This document shows, in pieces, positions 16,092 to 23,773 of a stretch of 42,893 bases of DNA. Origin of the DNA: a virus. Taxonomy: Duplodnaviria; Caudoviricetes. Within the stretch, counting starts at the first letter, position 1; each line of letters starts with the position of its first letter. The notes beneath the pieces were generated by a model that made no database searches, was not told where the DNA came from, and worked only from the letters and a program-made list of their open reading frames with translations. Made by a program: the position numbers and the translations under genes. The stretch covers positions 1-42,893 of the IMG/VR virus record IMGVR_UViG_3300010362_000008; one strand, 5' to 3'.

Positions 16092-16273
16092 GGGGTTTCT
16101 CCTTGGGACAGTTCGACCTCGAATAACTCCAGGCCGTGGGCGTAGGCCGCGAAGAGGGCCGTACTCATGAACTCGAAGCAGTCGGCGGCGTTCTTCGAGG
16201 CCCACAGGATGCCCGCGCCGGTGAAGGCGGCATAGAGGCCGGTGCGGGTGTCGCGAATCAGGTAGCGGATCAC
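16076..16273 (-). CDS. First gene of the early leftward operon, hypothetical
   Basis: GGAGG RBS just downstream of the strong promoter. Confidence 0.6.
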   Translation of the reverse strand: MIRYLIRDTRTGLYAAFTGAGILWASKNAADCFEFMSTALFAAYAHGLELFEVELSQGETPCPSN

Positions 16274-16317
16274 GGGCGAACCTCCGAAGGACCGGTCAAG
16301 TGGGCCGGACTGCTATC

Positions 16318-16346
16318 ATGGTAGTCCGTCGTACCACTGGTGTCAA
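16318..16346 (-). promoter_or_regulatory. Strong early sigma70 promoter TTGACA-N17-TACCAT with operator-like CACTGGTG repeats
   Basis: Consensus -35; CACTGGTG at 16335 and 16350 flank or overlap the -35. Confidence 0.8.
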
Positions 16347-16368
16347 GGTCACTGGTGGAAAAATATTC

Positions 16369-16397
16369 TTCACTTTCTAACTACTGAGGTATAAGAT
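16369..16397 (+). promoter_or_regulatory. Divergent promoter TTCACT-N17-TAAGAT for the repressor gene
   Basis: AT-rich island; back to back with the early promoter. Confidence 0.55.
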
Positions 16398-16487
16398 TCT
16401 GGTAGCCGATATTAGAATCCGGCAAATCGCCCATTACCCTAGTGGAGGCGTTGCGTGGCTGCGGACACTCTCGAACGAGTTCCTTCC

Positions 16488-16718
16488 ATGTCGAAGAAGC
16501 GGAACGACAGCTCGGCCAAAATCGACTCCGAAGTGCTCCTCCGGGTCCAACTCATCGTCAGTTGGCGGAAGCACACCAACGCGGAGGACGAACACCTGAA
16601 CGCCGCGGAGTACATGTCCGAGATGCTCCGTGAAGGCTCTGCGCCGGAGTACGAGGAAGCCGTCAAATGGCACGCCCAACAACTCAAGAAGAAGCGGCCC
16701 GCGGAGGACAAGTCGTGA
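16488..16718 (+). CDS. Ribbon-helix-helix-like regulator, probable immunity repressor
   Basis: RNDSSAKIDSEVLLRVQLIV...AAEYMSEMLR; divergent from the early promoter. Confidence 0.6.
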   Translation: MSKKRNDSSAKIDSEVLLRVQLIVSWRKHTNAEDEHLNAAEYMSEMLREGSAPEYEEAVKWHAQQLKKKRPAEDKS

Positions 16719-17311
16719 CCCAGGAGGCACCAGACCGCGTTGTGCGCGGGTACGTTTACTTCTTTCATTCGACCGTCACCAAGCAGACCAAGATCGGGCA
16801 GACGCGGCGCTCTCCAGTGCATCGGCTTCAGCAGATTCGGAACCAAGTGCCCGGCATCGACAAGAACCAGTATTACTGCTCAACCAGTGACCCGCGCTGG
16901 CTGGAACGCGCGTTTCACGAGACGTTCGCCGACTGCCGCGCACAGGGCGAGTGGTTCGACCTGACGGCGGATGATTTGACCCTCGTGATGCAGGTGCCGG
17001 ACTACGTGTCTCGGCCCGATGACTTACCGCTCGAAATGCACCTTCGCTGGATCGCGAACCAGACGAAGGACGTGGCCGAAGACGACACGGTTTCAATGAA
17101 CATCGCACCGCGGCTCGCGCGGTTGATCTGGACGCTTTCCACTTTGGGAACCGAAGACGAGCCGGAGCCACTTGATGCGATCGTGCCGGTTCTGCTCGCG
17201 GAGTGCGACCGGCGCTCGGCGCGTCTGTCTCCCGATGTCCGAGCCGCTGTTCGTTCTCTCGTGGGCTTGCCAGCAGAAAGCGTCCTTACCGGTCCGGGCA
17301 ACAACTCCTAG
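16715..17311 (+). CDS. GIY-YIG/T5orf172 (MUG113)-like protein
   Basis: GYVYFF...TKIGQT...RL...LERAFH...GEWFDL. Confidence 0.8.
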   Translation: MTQEAPDRVVRGYVYFFHSTVTKQTKIGQTRRSPVHRLQQIRNQVPGIDKNQYYCSTSDPRWLERAFHETFADCRAQGEWFDLTADDLTLVMQVPDYVSRPDDLPLEMHLRWIANQTKDVAEDDTVSMNIAPRLARLIWTLSTLGTEDEPEPLDAIVPVLLAECDRRSARLSPDVRAAVRSLVGLPAESVLTGPGNNS

Positions 17312-17562
17312 CGCGCGGGCACAAACGTCTGCGCCCCGTCGAGTGCGGTGCGGAACCGCCGGACCGCGGCCTCCGAGGTGTACCACGTCCCGCGCTTCAG
17401 AAGTGCGTCGAGATGAACGCCGCGCGAGCCGCGCGCCATGTACCTCAGCACCGCCGGCGGGCTGACGCCCAGGAGTTCGGCCGCCTCGTGGGCGCTGATG
17501 AGTTTTTCGCCGCGCAGGCGCAGACGCGCCGCAATGATGGCTTCCTGTGAGAGTTTAGGCAT
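17308..17562 (-). CDS. DUF1580-like HTH/excisionase-like protein
   Basis: ISAHEAAELLGVSPPAVLRYMARGSRGVHLDA...WYTSEAAVRRF. Confidence 0.7.
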   Translation of the reverse strand: MPKLSQEAIIAARLRLRGEKLISAHEAAELLGVSPPAVLRYMARGSRGVHLDALLKRGTWYTSEAAVRRFRTALDGAQTFVPAR

Positions 17563-18068
17563 GACTGAGAGAGGATAAAACCGTGGGCGATTGCCGGACG
17601 GTCGAGCACGGCTGTGCTTCCGTCGGTCGGCCAGACAGGTGAGTCTGGCGTATAGTGGCCGTGATGCCACTGGATAATATGTATACCTGACGATGTGTAC
17701 AGTCAAGTGGAATCGGTGAGGAATTTTCGCTCAGGGTGTGGCGGTGCGCGGATTCCGTTCCCGGGGGTCATGGCAGCGTCCTGGGAGAGTCAGGCGTGGG
17801 CAGGCGGGGCCAGAAAGGGCCGGACGGGCGGGAAGGTTACGGAGTTCCTTCCTCCGTCGGTCGGGGCGCGTGGAAATGTGCGTGCCCGGTACTCTAACGC
17901 TCCCCGGTTGTGTCTCGCTAATGAGAAGTTTCTGAATCGGGCAAGTACATTTCCGCACGAGTGCGGAAATGTAAACCGGCGCGAAGATTCAGGACGACGC
18001 CCGCGCCGGTAAACTGGGCGCGTGGCGCGACGTGGAGCGGGTGCAGAATCTGTTGTGGAGGGCAGACG

Positions 18069-18443
18069 ATGAGCGAACGCGAACTTCTCATGCGCGCTTG
18101 CATCGACAATCCGCTCGACCGACAAGCCAAACTCGTCTTCGCGGACTGGTGCGATGAGAATGGCGAACCGCTTGCGGCCATCGCGCTACGGTGGATGGCC
18201 AAGCACGGCAAGCGCCCGTTCCGTTCCGAGAACTTCAAACAATGGAAGTGGTACGCACTGGGACTCGATCAGAAGGGATGGCAGAACCCGCGGGGCCGGC
18301 GGATGCCCTTCACGCACTGCTGGATTCCCGAAATCGTCGGCCGCGAGTTGTCGAAGTGCTACCCGCGCTCCTCGCGGCAGTGGTTCGTGCTGGTCAGGCG
18401 CACGGGTTGGGCACTCCAGCGCATCCGCGATCTGGTGGACTGA
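18069..18443 (+). CDS. TIGR02996-like domain protein D (degenerate)
   Basis: MSERELLMRACIDNPLDRQAKLVFADWCDENGE; GGAGG RBS. Confidence 0.75.
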   Translation: MSERELLMRACIDNPLDRQAKLVFADWCDENGEPLAAIALRWMAKHGKRPFRSENFKQWKWYALGLDQKGWQNPRGRRMPFTHCWIPEIVGRELSKCYPRSSRQWFVLVRRTGWALQRIRDLVD

Positions 18444-18449
18444 AAACGA

Positions 18450-18479
18450 AAGCGCCCCGCACTTTCGCGCGGGGCGCTT
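18450..18479. terminator. Intrinsic terminator hairpin
   Basis: aagcgccccgc/gcggggcgctt 11-bp stem with an A-rich 5' flank. Confidence 0.7.
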
Positions 18480-18626
18480 CTGGCCTCACCCGGCCTTCGT
18501 GATCCGCTCGACCAGCTCCTTCATGTGTTCCGCATTGGAGCCAATGTGCGTATACAATAAGCGACGGCGGGGCGTGCTGTAACACGACACCCGCCGTCTA
18601 ACACAACCCGCTTTGTGGAGCGAGTC

Positions 18627-19232
18627 ATGTCTGATGAGGTTTGTACGCCCGCGCCCGTGATAATCAATCTGTGGGAACCGCTACCGAAGCCCTCCTGGGC
18701 GGAAGGGTTCCTATACCTTCTTGAAACGAGCGAGCGGTTCCAGAAGATCGGCTACAGCGCCGACCCGCGGGACCGCGTTCTCCAGTTCCAGAGCCTGCCC
18801 TTCTGTGTGTGGCTCGGCCACTATTTCCCGGTTTCGACGCGCAGATTTGAGAAGGTCGTTCAGAAGAGCTTGGTTCACAAGCGGCTCCGGGGCGAGTGGT
18901 TCGTGCTGACACCGCCCGAAATCGCCATCTTCAAGGCGGTCCAAGAACTTCGCTCCGAGGCCGACCTGCCGTCCGCATTCCGCCCTCTCGTGCGCAGGCC
19001 GCTCAAACTCCCACACCCGCGCATGAACGACAAGCGCTCCGGCCGCAAGCCCAAGGCGTGGTATCGCAAGAGTCGCGACCGCTGGTACGTCTGGTTTGCC
19101 GGTGTCCAGTATCCGCTCACCATTCGCGGCGCGGATAATGGCACCGCTGCGGCAACGGCCGGGCGGGAGCTAGTCTCCCGACTCTGCGGGATGTTGCCGC
19201 CGGCCGCCGATGCGTCGGGCGGCGTCCTTTAG
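18627..19232 (+). CDS. T5orf172/GIY-YIG-like domain fused to an integrase-N-terminus-like segment
   Basis: GFLYLL...KIGYS...RGEWF, then PKAWYRKSRDRWYVWFAGVQYPL. Confidence 0.75.
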   Translation: MSDEVCTPAPVIINLWEPLPKPSWAEGFLYLLETSERFQKIGYSADPRDRVLQFQSLPFCVWLGHYFPVSTRRFEKVVQKSLVHKRLRGEWFVLTPPEIAIFKAVQELRSEADLPSAFRPLVRRPLKLPHPRMNDKRSGRKPKAWYRKSRDRWYVWFAGVQYPLTIRGADNGTAAATAGRELVSRLCGMLPPAADASGGVL

Positions 19233-20204
19233 CGTTCGGCTCTGCTCGTTGACGTGGGAGTAGGCGGCATGAATCATCCGCGTGTTGGCGTGGCCCAGAA
19301 GCGCCGCGACGATCGTGTCACTCTCGCCCGCGGAGAGCGCGCGGGTCGCGAAACTGTGCCGGTACATGTAGCTCGTCACCCGTCGGCCGACCTTCTCGCT
19401 GACCCGCTCGAAGCGCATCGTCATGGCCTGGAGCGACAGGGGCTTACCGCGCAGGCCGCGGAAGAGGTAGCCCGCGCCGCCGTACTTCGCGGACTGGTCG
19501 ACGAGCACTTCGAGTGCCTCGGGGCACGGGTAGATCGTCCGCGTCTTGCCCTTGCGCTTCGTCTTGTGCTGTTTCAGGCGGATGGTTTTGTGCTCCCAAT
19601 CAATGGCTTCGGCGGTGAGGTTCGTCGCCTCCCCGGGCCGACAGCCGGTGAGCCAGAGGAAGCGAACGAGCGCCCGGAAGTCGCCCGTCGTCTCGTTGAC
19701 GATGCGGCGGTGGAGATCCTCAGGAATGACGGCGTCCCCGCCGCGAGACTCCTTGGCCGGCAGCGGGCACCGCTCGGTTCGACCGCACCACTTGAGGAAG
19801 GCGTTGACGCACCAGAGCGTGTTGGCCCGATGGGTGTCGCTCCACGCCTCCAGGGCCGCTTGTTTCTTCACGGCCTCGGGGTCGAGGGTCGCGACGGGGC
19901 AAGAGCCGAAGTGCCGGGAAAGCCACGCCAGGTACTTGCCGTAGCCCGCGAGCGTGCTCGGGCTGACATCGGTTCTCTTGGCTTCGGTGAATGCGGGCAC
20001 GAGTTCGGAGACGGTGCCGGGCTTCGCGGCCGCGGGCGGTGCGACCGCCGCGCGGACGGCACCGGTGATGAGCTCTGTGAGCGCGTCCCAGGCGCCCTTT
20101 TCGTCTTTGGGATCGGTGACCGGAAGTGGAGTCTGTTTCCCTCGGAGTTGCACGTACCACCTGCGCGCACCTGCGCGATACCACGGCCGCGGCGTCCTTG
20201 CCAT
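19170..20204 (-). CDS. int: Tyrosine integrase
   Basis: TGCRPGE, KTK, YMYRHSFAT, LLGH and Tyr in AAYSH; N-terminus RPWYR..RWYVQLRGKQ. Confidence 0.95.
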   Translation of the reverse strand: MARTPRPWYRAGARRWYVQLRGKQTPLPVTDPKDEKGAWDALTELITGAVRAAVAPPAAAKPGTVSELVPAFTEAKRTDVSPSTLAGYGKYLAWLSRHFGSCPVATLDPEAVKKQAALEAWSDTHRANTLWCVNAFLKWCGRTERCPLPAKESRGGDAVIPEDLHRRIVNETTGDFRALVRFLWLTGCRPGEATNLTAEAIDWEHKTIRLKQHKTKRKGKTRTIYPCPEALEVLVDQSAKYGGAGYLFRGLRGKPLSLQAMTMRFERVSEKVGRRVTSYMYRHSFATRALSAGESDTIVAALLGHANTRMIHAAYSHVNEQSRTLKDAARRIGGRRQHPAESGD

Positions 20205-20328
20205 GAGCACAACCTCTCGCACATCCCGGAAACTGAGCGTGCAGATTCCGTGCAGAGGCGGTCACTTTTGGGCCGCGGTCGCAAGCGCAACCGCATGGCG
20301 TGTATCGACTTACAAACACTCAAACGGG

Positions 20329-20351
20329 AAGCGGGATAGGGGAGTCGAACC
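20329..20351 (-). other. Putative attP core: 3' end of a tRNA, probably tRNA-Gly
   Basis: Minus strand GGTTCGACTCCCCTATCCCGCTT = T-loop, 3' T-stem and acceptor strand complementary to GCGGGA; about 125 nt upstream of int. Confidence 0.75.
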
Positions 20352-20436
20352 GCCATTCTAGCCTTGTGAAGTGTACCGCCTTCGGGAACTGCCGCTCTTT
20401 GGCCCTCTGCGTCCGTGCAGACGACTCGCGAGCGCC

Positions 20437-20465
20437 ACCATGCCGGAATAGTCTTGTTGTGTCAA
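20437..20465 (-). promoter_or_regulatory. Putative integrase promoter TTGACA-N17-CATGGT reading across attP
   Basis: Consensus -35 with 17-nt spacer, facing int. Confidence 0.5.
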
Positions 20466-20503
20466 TCCGACTAAGCGTGCAGGATACCGTGCAGGAGCCA
20501 CAT

Positions 20504-21586
20504 ATGAGCACCCCCACAACACCCGTTGCCAGCGACCGCGACGCCCTGCTCGCCGCGTGCCGCCTCGCACCCGACGAGGACACGCCGCGACTCCTGCTGG
20601 CCGACTGGCTCGACGAGCAGGGCGACGTGCGGGTGAAGTGCCAGTGTCGCAAAGAGCGGGCGTCCCTTGCCTGCAAAGTGTGCGGCAATGCGCCCGATGA
20701 CAGCGGATGCCTGGAACACGGGCGGGGGTGTTACGTTCTGCACGAAGACGGCGGCGGGTCGGAATACTTCGAGGTGTGTGACAAATGCGAAAACGCCGGC
20801 ACCATCCTCGACACGTCGAACCGCGACCGCGCGGAGTTGATTCGCGTGCAGTGCGAGTTAGCGCGGACGCCTGCATGTAGCGCGGGCGGGAAAGAAAATG
20901 CGAGGCAAGTGGGGGCTAAGAATGGGTGTTCCTATTGCACTTTGCGCTGTCGTGAATCCGCCATCCTCGTGGCAAACCCCGACTGGCTGCCGGTGTGCCC
21001 GGTGTGTGGCGGGGAGCGCGTCGTTCCGACTATCAACGACGATGGCGACCCCGACGAGCGCGGGTGCGAATGCTTCTCCGGGCGCGTCGGCTCGTTCGAC
21101 CGCGGGCTACTCAGCGTGCCGGTGCCGACGCTGACCACCATATTCGTCGGCACCGGTCTTGATGGCTTTCTCCTCGAAGGACCGGATACCGGCGTGGACT
21201 GGTCGAACAGGAAGGGTATCGCGTGCGATTGTCGATGGACGACTTCGCTTCACGGTTGGAACTGCCCCGCGCACGGTAAGCCGGGGCGACCTGTACTCAC
21301 CGCCTACGCCCGCGCCCTCCGCGCCGCGCACCCGTGGGTGGTGTCGATGCCGGTTGCGGACCGCGAGCCTTGCACCAACAGCAAGCATGACGCCTTCTTC
21401 TGGTTCGACGACCGCCGGGACATGACGCTCGAATGGACGCGCAACGAGAAGTGCTACATCCCCGCGTTCATCTACGACCGCATCCAGTGGGATTTCGACC
21501 TTATCGCGGAAACAAGTTCACTCACCACCCCCGAACTCGCCACCCGCGCGCTCGGCTCGGCGGTGGCGCAGGCGGTGTTCGCCTGA
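20504..21586 (+). CDS. TIGR02996-like domain protein E with Cys-rich insertions
   Basis: DALLAACRLAPDEDTPRLLLADWLDEQG...DRAELIRVQCEL split by a CxxC-rich insert; AGGAG RBS. Confidence 0.85.
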   Translation: MSTPTTPVASDRDALLAACRLAPDEDTPRLLLADWLDEQGDVRVKCQCRKERASLACKVCGNAPDDSGCLEHGRGCYVLHEDGGGSEYFEVCDKCENAGTILDTSNRDRAELIRVQCELARTPACSAGGKENARQVGAKNGCSYCTLRCRESAILVANPDWLPVCPVCGGERVVPTINDDGDPDERGCECFSGRVGSFDRGLLSVPVPTLTTIFVGTGLDGFLLEGPDTGVDWSNRKGIACDCRWTTSLHGWNCPAHGKPGRPVLTAYARALRAAHPWVVSMPVADREPCTNSKHDAFFWFDDRRDMTLEWTRNEKCYIPAFIYDRIQWDFDLIAETSSLTTPELATRALGSAVAQAVFA

Positions 21587-21596
21587 CTCAGCCCTC

Positions 21597-21639
21597 CCGC
21601 GCGGCCTTCTGCATCTGGTACACTAACGAGGCCGCGCGG
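21597..21639. terminator. Hairpin between convergent genes
   Basis: ccgcgcggcct/aggccgcgcgg 11-bp stem, further small hairpins to about 21696; no clear U-tract. Confidence 0.4.
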
Positions 21640-21726
21640 CGGGCGTGCTCCTTCTGGGGAGTGCGGAGGGGAGCGTATTTCCTGCGGAGCGCAGGACGCG
21701 GCCGATGGGTGCGGGGGTCGGTGACC

Positions 21727-22221
21727 TTACTCGCCGCGCCAGACCGCTTCCGCCCACCGCGAGCGCATGAAGCGCTGGGCGAATCGCACGGCCAGCTCCC
21801 GGCGCGCGTGCACCAGGGGTTTCGTGCCGCGCGGCACTTCGGCCCACGTCCGCCGCACGCCCCGCACCCACACGTCGACCACCCACCCCGCCTCCGTGCG
21901 GCGCACCCGCCAGTAGACCCGTTTGCGGGCCGCCAGTGCCCAGCGCCAGCGCCTTCCGTAGCGGTTGCGGTAGTAGGCGACGACGAAGGCCGCGGCCTGT
22001 TGGGGCGTGGGCTGACGACTGCCGGGGATGGTGTAGAGCCGGCCGCCTTCCTTGACCTTCGCGAGCCAGCCGCTGCCGGCTTGGTAGACGTTGCGAAAGC
22101 CACTGGCCGCCGTGTGGCTCCGCAGGGAGTCCACGAGACTCGCGGGTACGAGTGTCGGGCGGGCCTCTTCGCGGACCTCTTCGAGAAGACGGGCAAACGT
22201 AGAAATGGACGCACGCGACAT
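21727..22221 (-). CDS. Basic protein with an AP2-like DNA-binding signature
   Basis: SGFRNVY...GWLAKV...TPQQAA; Arg/Trp rich; GGGGGAG RBS. Confidence 0.55.
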   Translation of the reverse strand: MSRASISTFARLLEEVREEARPTLVPASLVDSLRSHTAASGFRNVYQAGSGWLAKVKEGGRLYTIPGSRQPTPQQAAAFVVAYYRNRYGRRWRWALAARKRVYWRVRRTEAGWVVDVWVRGVRRTWAEVPRGTKPLVHARRELAVRFAQRFMRSRWAEAVWRGE

Positions 22222-22363
22222 TCCGCAGCACTCCCCCTTTTGGTAGGATTGACAGCGGGTTGTCGCATGCGCCGGCGGCACTCGCGTGCGGACGGGGAAG
22301 TCGAGCGCCCCGTCCGCACTTCACTCGCACTCTCACCTTACCGGCGCGCGGAGAACTTGCCCG

Positions 22364-23206
22364 GTGAACCGCGTCACGCTGAACCGCCTCAGTTACGCTT
22401 TGCCCTTTCAGAAGCTCTTCCGCGAACTGACCGACGCCGAAGCCAAAAACCTCCGCGAATCGGTCACGCAGTTCTGGGTGGGCTACCCCGTCATCACCTT
22501 CGTTTCCCCCACCCACGGCCGCTCTATCCTCGACGGCTCGAACCGCGCCCGCACCGCCTACGAACTGGATCCCGACCGCGAGGTACCCGTGGACGACCGG
22601 GGCGAGATTCCCGATGCCGTGGCCGAGGCACTGGCCCTCTCACTCAATGCCGACCGCCGGCACCTCTCGGCCGCGGACTGGCAGCGCATCTCGGCCCTCC
22701 GCGTTGAGCGGATGAAGCGCGTCATGACCGCGCGGCACGAGGGGAAATCGCAGCGGACGATTGCGAATGCGGTCGGGGTCTCCCAGACTCAGGTCCGTCT
22801 CGACCTCGCGCGGGCAGGGGTGCAGGCTCCTGCTCATGTCGTGGGGGCCGACCGCAAGATTTACCCCGCCTCCCGGCCGGTTCACGTCGCGCCGCCCGGA
22901 CCGGGTCTCTTCGAGGACGAGGAGCTCGACGAGGAGGATGAGGAGGACGTGGAGACGCCCGGCGGACCCGCGCCGCCGGAGCTCGCCGCGGACGCGGCGC
23001 GGCACGAGGCGCAGCGCCTGGCCCGTGCGGCCGTGACGATGCTTGCCGGGGTGGACTTCCTGCTCTCGGGGCCACTGGCCGGGGACTTGCGAAAGATTGC
23101 TCGTAAGCACGACTGCGCGCTTGTGGGGAACATGTGGCGGGTACTCGTGCTGGTGCGGGACGTGCTCGTGGAGTTGAAGGAGACAGGTTCCCGGGCGGCT
23201 TCCTAG
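22364..23206 (+). CDS. ParB/Srx-like N-terminal domain plus HTH protein
   Basis: LRESV...PVI...ILDGSNR...SLNADRRHLS; HTH KSQRTIANAVGVSQTQVRLDL. Confidence 0.75.
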   Translation: MNRVTLNRLSYALPFQKLFRELTDAEAKNLRESVTQFWVGYPVITFVSPTHGRSILDGSNRARTAYELDPDREVPVDDRGEIPDAVAEALALSLNADRRHLSAADWQRISALRVERMKRVMTARHEGKSQRTIANAVGVSQTQVRLDLARAGVQAPAHVVGADRKIYPASRPVHVAPPGPGLFEDEELDEEDEEDVETPGGPAPPELAADAARHEAQRLARAAVTMLAGVDFLLSGPLAGDLRKIARKHDCALVGNMWRVLVLVRDVLVELKETGSRAAS

Positions 23207-23215
23207 CGTGCGGCT
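23184..23215 (+). promoter_or_regulatory. Late promoter motif for terS: CAGGTTCC-N12-TAGCGT-N6-ATG
   Basis: Motif starts exactly 32 nt before the ATG; no RBS. Confidence 0.75.
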
Positions 23216-23773
23216 ATGGCACTCAACCCCAAGCAACTGAAGTTCGTGGAGCGGTACCTCGCAAGTGGCAACGCGACACAGAGTTACATTGACGCGGGCT
23301 ATCGGGCCAATGGGCATTCCGCCGAGGCGTGCGCGACCAAGTTGCTGAGGAATGCTGAGGTGCGTCAAGCGGTTGAAGGCGCCCGGCAGAAGGCGATTGA
23401 GTCCTTCCCGCTGACCTACGAGGGGGCGCTTGCGAATATGTGGGAGCAGGCGCGGTACACGGGCCCGGACGCCTCGCACATGGCGCGGGTGAAGGCGACC
23501 GAACTTGTGATGCAGCACTTCAAGCCCCCCGCGCCGATTTCCTCTGGTGTCAACGTTAATGTCGCTGTGCTCACCGACGACGAACTCCGACGACGAGTTG
23601 CGGCTCTTGAAAGAGGAGTTGCGCCGGCGGGAGTTGGCGGAATTGAAGGCGGAACTGGCGCGCCGGGAAGCGAAGGACGACTACTCGAAGTGGCTCCCCA
23701 TCCACCTGCCGGAGTTCCGGTGGGACTGGCTGCACCTCCGGGCGATTCTCTCCAAGCTCCAGAAGGTCACTGA
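23216..23773 (+). CDS. terS: Terminase small subunit
   Basis: LNPKQLKFVERYL..GNATQSYIDAGY...ATKLLRNAEV. Confidence 0.9.
   Translation: MALNPKQLKFVERYLASGNATQSYIDAGYRANGHSAEACATKLLRNAEVRQAVEGARQKAIESFPLTYEGALANMWEQARYTGPDASHMARVKATELVMQHFKPPAPISSGVNVNVAVLTDDELRRRVAALERGVAPAGVGGIEGGTGAPGSEGRLLEVAPHPPAGVPVGLAAPPGDSLQAPEGH

Noticed and set aside
17905-17945. Hammerhead ribozyme (ctaatgag...gaa)
   Set aside because: Core deviates from CUGANGA/GAAA and stem II does not abut GAAA
20300-20400. Complete tRNA gene
   Set aside because: Only the 3' end is intact; no matching 5' acceptor strand or D-arm, and the T-stem has a mismatch
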